From contig MGUG01000040.1 of NCBI GenBank assembly GCA_001799845.1, positions 5,499-69,498 on the forward strand: DNA of 64,000 nt, in the 5' to 3' direction. The first letter of the stretch is position 1; every line of letters starts with the position of its first letter. The position numbers and the translations under genes are program-made. The notes below the pieces were generated by a model. That model saw nothing but the letters and a program-made list of their open reading frames with translations, searched no databases and was not told where the DNA came from. Below are positions 33,518 through 41,595 of the stretch, one piece after another. This DNA comes from Elusimicrobia bacterium GWC2_64_44. Lineage in GTDB: Bacteria; Elusimicrobiota; Elusimicrobia; Elusimicrobiales; UBA9959.

Positions 33518-34495
33518 TCAGGCTTTGTTGCGGTGGTACTGCAGCGCGGCGCCGAACAGCGGGGCCAGGCCCAGCATGTTGATGTCTTCTTTGTATTTGG
33601 AGGCGGCGTAGGCGGCTTCCACCCCTTTCTTCAGGGCGAGCACCCGCCGCACGTCGCCGAACAGGTATTTCACCGAGTCCTCGGAGTGGCTGAAGCAGGC
33701 GCGGTCGAAACCCAGCTTCTTGAAGTTCCTGATAAAAAGCGCGACCTCGTGTATGTTCTCGGGCACTATGGTCATGTGCCCCTTCATCAGCACGCTGCGG
33801 CCCAGGGCCTTGCTGTATTTCCTGACGTTCTTTATCCCGCGCATCACCCGCTCCCAGCTAGACCCGACGTTCACCGTCTCATGGGCCTTTTTGGTCGCTC
33901 CGTTGAGCGAGATGTAGAGGAACAAAGAATGCCTGGCTATCTTGCGGGCCCACTCGTCGGTGATCAGGGTGCCGTTGGAGATGAAGGAAACTTTTTTTCC
34001 CTGCGCGACCGCGTAGTCGAAGAACTCCCGCCCCTCTTTGATGAACAGCGGCTCACCGCCCACCAGCTCGATGCCCTCGAAAGGAGCCAAGTCCAGCTTC
34101 TTCAGCAGCGCCAGGTCCAGCACCTTCATGTTGCGGTGGTCCTGCACGCACATCACGCATTTTATATTGCACGGCTCGCCCAGGCGCACCGTCAGGATCT
34201 TTACGCCCTCGTACGGGGCGGTCAGCGGGCGGGGCGGCGGAGGAGGGAGGGCGGCTTTATGCAGCAGGTGGCAGCGCGCATAACAGCTCAGTGCGCCGTT
34301 AAGGGATTCTTTGCGCATTTTCCGCACCGGGGCCGCGTTCCAGATCTTGCGCAGCGGCGCGTCGTGGATATTGCCGAAGGACTGCGCGCACGCGCAGCAG
34401 CAGGCGTAAACCTTGCCGTGCTGGTCTATGCCTATCTCGTCCCAGAGCTTGGGGCAATAGGTGCTGCCTGGTACCGGTCCTTGCGCGCGCTTCAT
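33518..34495 (-). CDS. radical SAM protein with N-terminal SPASM/twitch-like Cys cluster
   Basis: ATG start MKRAQGP (track start 34513 is TTG). Cys at 14, 32, 33, 34, 36, 71 and 75 with GNI and IWN motifs. CNIKCVMC (CX3CX2C) at residues 109-116. Confidence 0.75.
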   Translation of the reverse strand: MKRAQGPVPGSTYCPKLWDEIGIDQHGKVYACCCACAQSFGNIHDAPLRKIWNAAPVRKMRKESLNGALSCYARCHLLHKAALPPPPPRPLTAPYEGVKILTVRLGEPCNIKCVMCVQDHRNMKVLDLALLKKLDLAPFEGIELVGGEPLFIKEGREFFDYAVAQGKKVSFISNGTLITDEWARKIARHSLFLYISLNGATKKAHETVNVGSSWERVMRGIKNVRKYSKALGRSVLMKGHMTIVPENIHEVALFIRNFKKLGFDRACFSHSEDSVKYLFGDVRRVLALKKGVEAAYAASKYKEDINMLGLAPLFGAALQYHRNKA

Positions 34496-34552
34496 TCGTA
34501 TAAATAATATCAAAAAGCCGGACGGTAGCGGCAGCCTGGCGCCTTTTGGGGG

Positions 34553-34750
34553 TCAGTCGCCGTTGCCGGCGCCGCGGCCCACGGTGTTTACCGTTTGCGT
34601 GATCTTGGCTGAAATCTGGTCGAACAATGCGGGCATGTACCGTTTGAGGGCCACGCCGGCTACCAGGACCACGCCCACCACCACCGCCAGCATCAGCAGG
34701 TACTCCACCGTGTTCTGGCCGGCGCGCTTGCGATAAGATACGGTTTTCAT
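34553..34750 (-). CDS. Flp/Fap-like prepilin-type small protein (65 aa)
   Basis: RKRAG-QNTVEY-LLMLAVVVGVVLVAG fits the Flp G/xxxxEY processing motif plus hydrophobic helix. Perfect AAGGAGG RBS. Confidence 0.6.
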   Translation of the reverse strand: MKTVSYRKRAGQNTVEYLLMLAVVVGVVLVAGVALKRYMPALFDQISAKITQTVNTVGRGAGNGD

Positions 34751-34776
34751 AAAGCCTCCTTATGCTGCTTACATAA

Positions 34777-34804
34777 AGAGACACGGAAACCGCTAAAAAG
34801 TTCC
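34777..34804 (-). promoter_or_regulatory. ECF-type promoter candidate upstream of the Flp-like gene
   Basis: Minus strand reads GGAACTT-N16-TCTCT (spacer tttagcggtttccgtg), directly after the anti-sigma stop codon and about 27 nt upstream of the ATG at 34750. Confidence 0.4.
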
Positions 34805-35197
34805 CTATTTGTTGCCGCTGGAAACGCCAAGGCTGGAAGCCGCGCCGTTTATCATACCCTGGACGCTGGCGAACATGGTGGGCATGTATTTTTTGGCGAC
34901 TATGCCGCTCAGCAAAGCTACGACCAGTGCCGCAAAGGCAAGGGCCAGCGCCAGCGGGACCCGGCTGCGGCGCTCCTGCCCCGCGCGCGCGCGGGCCAGC
35001 GCGCGCCCGGCCAGGCCCGCGGGCGCTTTCACGGCCAGCTCCTCTTTGACGCCGGCGGACAGCGCCTTGAAACTGTCCAGCGTGTCGCGGCATTCCCGGC
35101 AGGCGGCGACATGCGCCGTTATTTCAGCGGCCTGTTCCAGGCCGGCCTGGCCGTCGAAGTAGGCCGAAAGCGCCGCTCTTATCTCGTCGTGCGTCAT
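34805..35197 (-). CDS. anti-sigma factor (zf-HC2 type) with one TM
   Basis: HVAACRECR HxxxCxxC motif; TM LALALAFAALVVALLSGIV; ATGA overlap with the sigma gene. Confidence 0.75.
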   Translation of the reverse strand: MTHDEIRAALSAYFDGQAGLEQAAEITAHVAACRECRDTLDSFKALSAGVKEELAVKAPAGLAGRALARARAGQERRSRVPLALALAFAALVVALLSGIVAKKYMPTMFASVQGMINGAASSLGVSSGNK

Positions 35198-35727
35198 CTG
35201 TCCTCCAGGAATTTGCCCAGCAGGCCCCGCATTTTCTCACGGGCCCGCGACAGCCGGGACCGCACCGTGCCCCCGGGTATGGAAAGCGTATCGGCGATAT
35301 CGGTATAGCTGCGGCCGTCCAGCTCGCGCAGGATGAGTATGGCGCGGTCCTCGGGCGCCAGCGCGGCCAGTGCCCGCTCGAACGCCTCATGGCGCGCGCC
35401 AGCTTCCAGCTGCTGCGCCGGACCGGGCGCGGGATCGGGCGGCTCGCCCAGCTCCCCGTCCTCGTTCTCGGTGAAGCCCTTCAGCCGGCGCCAGAAAGCC
35501 AGCCTGGGCGAGCGCAGCTGGTTCTTCCAGCAGTTCACTGTAATGCGGTACAGCCAGACCCCGGGGTCGGTTTCGCCGCGGAAGGCGGCCAGGCCGCGCA
35601 AAGCTTTGAAGAGCGCCTCTTCGGCCAGGTCTTCGGCCTCGGCCGCGTTGCCGGTGAGGCGCAGCGCCACGGCGTAGACCATGTCCGAGTATCTGGCGAG
35701 CAGTTCTTCAGGGGTTATGGGAGGCAT
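35194..35727 (-). CDS. ECF (group 4) sigma-70 factor
   Basis: Region 2 (VYAVALRLTGNAAEAEDLAEEALFKA...WLYRITVN) and region 4 (SYTDIADTLSIPGGTVRSRLSRAREKM). Confidence 0.85.
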   Translation of the reverse strand: MPPITPEELLARYSDMVYAVALRLTGNAAEAEDLAEEALFKALRGLAAFRGETDPGVWLYRITVNCWKNQLRSPRLAFWRRLKGFTENEDGELGEPPDPAPGPAQQLEAGARHEAFERALAALAPEDRAILILRELDGRSYTDIADTLSIPGGTVRSRLSRAREKMRGLLGKFLEDR

Positions 35728-35801
35728 TCTATCCGCCGTCGGCTATACGGTAATTCTAGCAAGTCTGGCGGCCAGATCAGGAAGTCAGGAAGCGGCCCCC
35801 C

Positions 35802-36479
35802 CTATCCCAGGGAGGCGGCGGCGGCTTTGGCTTCTTCGATGAAGGCGGGGTAGGACTTGGCGTCCACGCTGACGGCGAAGCGGTAAAAGACCAGCCAGCG
35901 GCCGCCGGCCTCGGCGGTGCAGCGCCGCGGCAGCTTGAAGCCCGACGTGCGCGAAGAGGTCCAGAAGGCTTTCACCGCCTCCGCGTCCTTGCCGGAGAGG
36001 TGGTACTTGCCGGAGAACTCCTCAGCCCCGGGGATGTCTATATCCTCCCAGCCGAAGACTCCCGCCAGCTTGTCGAAAATGTGCTCCGGCCGCAGCGTGA
36101 AAGCCGGGAACCTCGGCTCCTTGAACTCGAACAGGGCCGCCGTTAACAGGTACTTGTAGCGCTTGCCGGCCTGGTAGGCATAGAACTGGTAATCGAAGAA
36201 TGTTGCCGCGGCCCCGGAGACGCTGAGACCGGAAATCTGATTGGTCACGGTCGGTTCGGCGCCTTTAGTGAAAAGTTCCAGCCCGGTCTTTTCCAGGTCG
36301 CAAGGCGCGCGCCAGGCGAAGGCGAGGCCCAGGGCGTCGGCCACGCTCTCCACGCTCCGGCTCTTGCGCCACCAGAGAAAAGAGTAGGCCAGCAGCGTCA
36401 GCGCGCCGGCCGCGGCGGGGATGGCCCACAGCGCGGTTTTCACCGCGTTCTCGTCGATATTTGCCAGAGTTTCTATCAT
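35802..36479 (-). CDS. hypothetical membrane-anchored protein
   Basis: N-terminal TM (ALWAIPAAAGALTLLAYSFLWW); no family recognised. Confidence 0.55.
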   Translation of the reverse strand: MIETLANIDENAVKTALWAIPAAAGALTLLAYSFLWWRKSRSVESVADALGLAFAWRAPCDLEKTGLELFTKGAEPTVTNQISGLSVSGAAATFFDYQFYAYQAGKRYKYLLTAALFEFKEPRFPAFTLRPEHIFDKLAGVFGWEDIDIPGAEEFSGKYHLSGKDAEAVKAFWTSSRTSGFKLPRRCTAEAGGRWLVFYRFAVSVDAKSYPAFIEEAKAAAASLG

Positions 36480-36506
36480 GGTCAGGAAGATAGGAAGCAG
36501 CGTCCC

Positions 36507-37394
36507 CTATTTATCGGGGTGGAACTTGTCGTGGGCTTTCTTGATGTCGCCCTTGTCCACGTGGGCGTAGATCTGGGTGGTGTTCAGGCTCGCGTGGCCG
36601 AGCATCTCCTGCACGCTGCGCAGGTCGGCGCCGCCCTGCACCAGGTGGCTCGCGAAGGTGTGGCGGAACAGATGCGGGTGCGGCTTTATCTCCACCCCCG
36701 CGTCCCGGCCGAAGGTCACTATGTCCTTCCACATCTGCACACGGCTGAGCTTCTTGCCCGAGCGGTTGACGAACAGCTCGTCGTCCACGGCCTGCCCGCC
36801 GAACTTCAGTTGCCGCGAGGAGAGATATTCCTTCAGCCGGCCCAGCGCCGCGGCGTTGACCGGCACCAGGCGCTCTTTGGCGCCCTTGCCGAACACGCGC
36901 AGCCAGCCCTGCTGAAAATTCACCGACTCCAGCCGCAGGCCCAGCAGCTCGGACACGCGGATACCGCTGGCGTAGAGCAGTTCCACGGCGGCGGCGGCCC
37001 GCACCTTGGCGAAGGCGTCCCCGGCCGGATAGCTGAGCAGTTTTTCCATGTCCCGGCGGGCCAGGAAGCGCGGCACCTTGCGGGGCAGCCGCGGCGCGCG
37101 GAAGTTGGAGGTGGGGTCTTTCTGGGCTTTGCCCTCCAGCCGCAGGTAGCGGTAGAAGGCCCGCAGGGCCTCGGTCTTCCTGAAGATGGAAGCCGGGCCC
37201 AGGCCCTTGTCTTTTTTCAGGTGCCAGAGGTAGCCCTCTACGAAAGGCGGCTCCGCCAGCGCGGGGTCCGTCTTCCTGGCCTCGCAATAGGCCAGGAAGG
37301 CTTCGGTATCCCCGGCGTAGGCCAGGCAGGTGTTCTTTGCCAGGCCACGCTCCATGCCGAGATGGCGCGAGAAGTCGGCCGCTAGTGGGCGCAT
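36507..37394 (-). CDS. tyrosine recombinase, XerC/XerD family
   Basis: HLFRHTFASHLVQGGADLRSVQEMLGHASLNTTQIYAHV carries the R-H-R-Y catalytic motifs. Start codon abuts the recA stop. Confidence 0.85.
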   Translation of the reverse strand: MRPLAADFSRHLGMERGLAKNTCLAYAGDTEAFLAYCEARKTDPALAEPPFVEGYLWHLKKDKGLGPASIFRKTEALRAFYRYLRLEGKAQKDPTSNFRAPRLPRKVPRFLARRDMEKLLSYPAGDAFAKVRAAAAVELLYASGIRVSELLGLRLESVNFQQGWLRVFGKGAKERLVPVNAAALGRLKEYLSSRQLKFGGQAVDDELFVNRSGKKLSRVQMWKDIVTFGRDAGVEIKPHPHLFRHTFASHLVQGGADLRSVQEMLGHASLNTTQIYAHVDKGDIKKAHDKFHPDK

Positions 37395-38483
<1,089 letters not shown>

Positions 38484-38534
38484 TGTGTTTTTCCTCCGTG
38501 ATCTAAATTCTTCCCTTATAGTCTAGCAGGCCAT

Positions 38535-38554
38535 CCCGACAAGGGCGTGTCGGG
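38535..38554. promoter_or_regulatory. inverted repeat CCCGACA-N6-TGTCGGG overlapping the putative recA -35
   Basis: On the minus strand, TTGTCG-N16-TATAAG lies upstream of the recA RBS. Candidate operator. Confidence 0.3.
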
Positions 38555-38602
38555 AACTTTTCGGCCAGAAAATATTTTTTAAGGCCGCCCGGTGCTTTTG
38601 TT

Positions 38603-38612
38603 ATGTTAACAT
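38603..38612. promoter_or_regulatory. perfect 10-bp palindrome ATGTTAACAT in the recA-lexA intergenic region
   Basis: Seen directly; function unknown. Confidence 0.25.
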
Positions 38613-38723
38613 TTATTTCCCAATTTGCCGAGCTCCTGCCTGTTTAGTATAGATGATTAACGCCCATCTGTCAAGTATTAAGGAGGTATTGACTTTACCG
38701 GTTTAATATATTATCCTTAATAT

Positions 38724-39380
38724 ATGCACCCCATACAAGAGAAGCTGCTTAACCTCTCCAAAGAAACCAACCTGGCCCAGGTCAGCCTGCGCGAAATGGC
38801 CGCCGCCATCGGCCTGCCGGGCGAGTCCCCCCAGAAGATAAAGCACCACCTGCAGCAGCTCGAGAAGAAAGGCTTCTTCACCATAGACCGCTCCCATGGC
38901 CTGATGGAAAAAGCCTCGCTGCTGCCCGGGCTAGCGAGCGGCCTGCTCAAAGAGGCCTCCTCGTTATTCTCCATACCTATAATAGGCACGGCCAACTGCG
39001 GCCCCGCCACGCTTTACGCCGAGCAGAACTTCGAGGGCTTCCTGCGCGTCTCCGGGCGGCTGCTCGGCCGCGCCAGCCCGGCGGGCCTCTACGGCATAAA
39101 GACCAACGGCTCCTCCATGAACCGCGCCGAGATAGCCGGCAAGAAGATAGAGGACGGCGACTATGTGGTGATAGACAGCAATAAGCGCGTGCCCGCCAAC
39201 AACGACATAGTGCTGGCCATCATAGACAACAAGGCCACCATCAAGCGCTTCATTGACGACCGCGCCAACGGCCAGGTCATCCTGAAGGCCGACTCCTCCT
39301 ACGACTACGACCCCATCTACCTGCACCCCGACGACGACTTCCTCATCAACGGCAAAGCCATCGCCGTCATCAAGAAGTAG
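38724..39380 (+). CDS. lexA: LexA-like S24 repressor
   Basis: Winged-helix N-terminus (SPQKIKHHLQQLEKKGFF), GSSMN Ser and ATIKRF Lys dyad. Divergent from recA. Confidence 0.75.
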   Translation: MHPIQEKLLNLSKETNLAQVSLREMAAAIGLPGESPQKIKHHLQQLEKKGFFTIDRSHGLMEKASLLPGLASGLLKEASSLFSIPIIGTANCGPATLYAEQNFEGFLRVSGRLLGRASPAGLYGIKTNGSSMNRAEIAGKKIEDGDYVVIDSNKRVPANNDIVLAIIDNKATIKRFIDDRANGQVILKADSSYDYDPIYLHPDDDFLINGKAIAVIKK

Positions 39381-39448
39381 GGACGTTGTTGAGTTGTTGA
39401 CTTTTTAACCGGCATAGCCAACAACTCAACAACTCAACAACGTCCCCT
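39379..39448. repeat. 20-bp perfect inverted repeat built from CAACAAC units
   Basis: GGGACGTTGTTGAGTTGTTG ... CAACAACTCAACAACGTCCC. The right arm is preceded by an extra caacaact unit. Confidence 0.8.
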
Positions 39449-39455
39449 AGTTATT

Positions 39456-39758
39456 ATGAAGAACAATAAAACACATTACGGCAGCGGCTGGAGCAAGCTG
39501 GAATTTTTGACCAAAGTCCGCGACCTCCACAGGTCCAATCCCTCGGGCGTGACTTTCCGGATCACTACCCAGGGGCACAGTTCCCGGCCAAACCGGATCA
39601 GCCATTATGTGAGGGAAGCCGGCCTGGTGTCAATGAACAGCAAAGGCATCAGGCTGGGAAGCGCCGGGAATGATTCCGGCTTCGAGACCATCAACTACGC
39701 TGAAACGATGGGGATCTCCTACACCTTGCCGAACAATACGCATCACAGGCTATATTAG
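39456..39758 (+). CDS. hypothetical protein (100 aa) in the low-G+C insert
   Basis: ORF followed by a strong terminator; composition atypical for the window. Confidence 0.45.
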   Translation: MKNNKTHYGSGWSKLEFLTKVRDLHRSNPSGVTFRITTQGHSSRPNRISHYVREAGLVSMNSKGIRLGSAGNDSGFETINYAETMGISYTLPNNTHHRLY

Positions 39759-39771
39759 TTCCCCGTTAAAC

Positions 39772-39804
39772 AAAACCCCCCGGCCTTCCGGGGGTTTTTG
39801 TTTT
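39772..39804. terminator. bidirectional rho-independent terminator
   Basis: aaaacccccgg-cctt-ccgggggtttt. A second AT-rich palindrome, atacaacaa-aa-ttgttgtat, lies at 39817-39836. Confidence 0.75.
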
Positions 39805-39907
39805 AAACCGGCACCTATACAACAAAATTGTTGTATTTTCATAGCAACCCCGCCAGGCTCGCCGAGCGGCAGTCCCAAGCAAACAGTAAATCCATTTCTT
39901 TAATATC

Positions 39908-41332
39908 CTATTTTGATGAAATCTCGGTTACATACAGAAGCTTGTCATTTATCTCTTTGGCTTCCAGCGCAACCCCACTTAAGACAAGCTCTTTTTTCTC
40001 AAGCGCCATGCATTTTTGAGCATTTGGGCCTACCAAAGTATAGGGACCGCAACACGCGGCGCTGCCGCCCGGGCATCGCCCGACAATGCACGGGGGGTGC
40101 ACCGTCGCTAAAGCTTTTGAGTAATCGTCGACGCGCTTGAGGAATTCTTTAAGTTGGGATATTGAATCCTCGGCCTTTTTCGCGTATTCGCTGGCTGGAT
40201 AGTTTTGCACAACAGCTGAATACCTGGAAATAATCCCGGCGATAAAATCATCCGGGGAAGACGGAAGTCGCGCATAAATCCATGCCACCGCATTCTCTTC
40301 TTCGGGGACGTTCATCAAGTCGGGCACGAGTTTCCTGAGGAAGTCCGCTGATTCACACAAGATTTCTGGAGCGTGCTGACTATTAGGATACTTATCGACA
40401 TACTTCTGGTAAGTGTCTGACAGGTCCACCGCCCTGTCGGTATCACCGCCTTCAAAATAAATCCCAGGCAAATGCCAAATAAGAAGATAATCCGCCTCCG
40501 CTGCGTAGCTGCTCTTCGGATAGTCGAGGACTACTTTCCTAAAAATTTTATATGCAGGCTCACGCCAGATCGACACCTCCCCCTCTATCGCAAAGTCTGA
40601 CAAGAAATCATAGTACAGCTTACCCAACGCAAACAGGTTTTCTGCCTTAGCGTCGTCCCCGGAATTGCCAAGCTTTTCCTCTTGCGCGGTGATGCGCGCA
40701 ACCCAATCTATGTACCGCCTCGCATCCTTGCCATACTTACTACCCGGGAAAGAGGAGATGAGAACTTGGAATTCATCACTCGCACTCTGAAACGGATTGT
40801 TCCCTGTATGGGTATGGTAGTAGTAAGCTAAAGCATATTGCGCGTCAGGAAGCATCTTATGGTGCGGATTCTCAGAGATAAATTCCCGCAATTTCTCTAT
40901 AGGACATCCCGGCCAATTCCCTATTCTATGCAGGAACACACTGCGGAGAGCATAATCGGCAAAACCCCTCCCATATCGCGAGGCCGGGAAGGAACTGACA
41001 ACGCCCTCAAATTGAGACACAGCATTGCGATAGTCACATTCACGATAATAGGCTACGCCAGTTTCGTACATTGCCTGCGGCACATAGTCCGTGCCTGGAT
41101 ACATCGCGATAATTTTGCCGCAAATCTCCCGCGTGTCGGGCGGAGATAATTGTTGAATGCGCATCAGGGCCGCTTCCGGCTTGCTGGTATCGATCTGTTC
41201 TTTAGTTATCTCCCGACGCGGCGGCTGCATGAAGCGAGTCACGGGTTTACCAGAAGGCTGCCGAAAAAGAAAAAACCATACAATAATCGGCAGGATCGCC
41301 ACGCCGATTAAAAGATATATTTTATCTTTCAT
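39908..41332 (-). CDS. membrane-anchored TPR/BamD-YbgF-like repeat protein (474 aa), low G+C
   Basis: N-terminal TM IYLLIGVAILPIIVWFFLF. Six or more repeats of the [FY]P.S.Y...A.Y pattern. Cys-rich C-terminus. Confidence 0.65.
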   Translation of the reverse strand: MKDKIYLLIGVAILPIIVWFFLFRQPSGKPVTRFMQPPRREITKEQIDTSKPEAALMRIQQLSPPDTREICGKIIAMYPGTDYVPQAMYETGVAYYRECDYRNAVSQFEGVVSSFPASRYGRGFADYALRSVFLHRIGNWPGCPIEKLREFISENPHHKMLPDAQYALAYYYHTHTGNNPFQSASDEFQVLISSFPGSKYGKDARRYIDWVARITAQEEKLGNSGDDAKAENLFALGKLYYDFLSDFAIEGEVSIWREPAYKIFRKVVLDYPKSSYAAEADYLLIWHLPGIYFEGGDTDRAVDLSDTYQKYVDKYPNSQHAPEILCESADFLRKLVPDLMNVPEEENAVAWIYARLPSSPDDFIAGIISRYSAVVQNYPASEYAKKAEDSISQLKEFLKRVDDYSKALATVHPPCIVGRCPGGSAACCGPYTLVGPNAQKCMALEKKELVLSGVALEAKEINDKLLYVTEISSK

Positions 41333-41477
41333 TGATTACTTACCCGCCCCTGCATATCGTATCAAATATTCGAAGAATTCCAAGCGAAACCTGACCGGGC
41401 AGGCAGGGGTATAACTTAATGACCATTTATCCGCGTTCCACGCTGGTTTGAGCAAAGATACTCATTTGGAATTAGCG

Positions 41478-41519
41478 CCCCCCCCAAAAAAAACCAAAAC
41501 GACCGAATCACCCCCCCCC
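41478..41519. repeat. homopolymer tracts C8-A8 and C9 in a divergent promoter region
   Basis: C run 41478-41485, A run 41486-41493, C run 41511-41519. Confidence 0.9.
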
Positions 41520-41564
41520 GGCCGGAATATTTTACTTGCCTCCGCGGGCCGGAATAGGTTTAAT

Positions 41565-41583
41565 TTGACAGTAGTCAATTGAC
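41565..41583. promoter_or_regulatory. TTGAC-agta-GTCAA-TTGAC palindromic cluster just upstream of the S1 protease RBS
   Basis: GTCAATTGAC is a perfect 10-bp palindrome. A 10-bp direct repeat GGCCGGAATA occurs at 41520 and 41547. Confidence 0.3.
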
Positions 41584-41595
41584 CGGAGGCAACTC

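Noticed and set aside
35758-35774. TGGCCGCCAGACTTGCT on the minus strand upstream of the ECF sigma gene, resembling a -24/-12 promoter.
   Set aside because: GG to GC spacing is 11 rather than 10 nt, and the -24 half is poor (TGGCCG). Kept only as a near miss.
36507-37394. Xer-family recombinase as the integrase of the low-G+C insert.
   Set aside because: It lies 2 kb away, on the other side of recA and lexA, and is co-transcribed with recA. It has normal window-like G+C and full XerC/D-type motifs, so it is more likely the chromosomal dimer-resolution enzyme.
38724-39380. Possibility that the LexA-like gene is a prophage CI-type repressor marking a prophage or ICE.
   Set aside because: It is divergent from recA, and there are no phage, integrase or conjugation genes nearby. 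The N-terminal domain looks like the LexA winged helix. The adjacent low-GC insert has only two non-phage-like genes.
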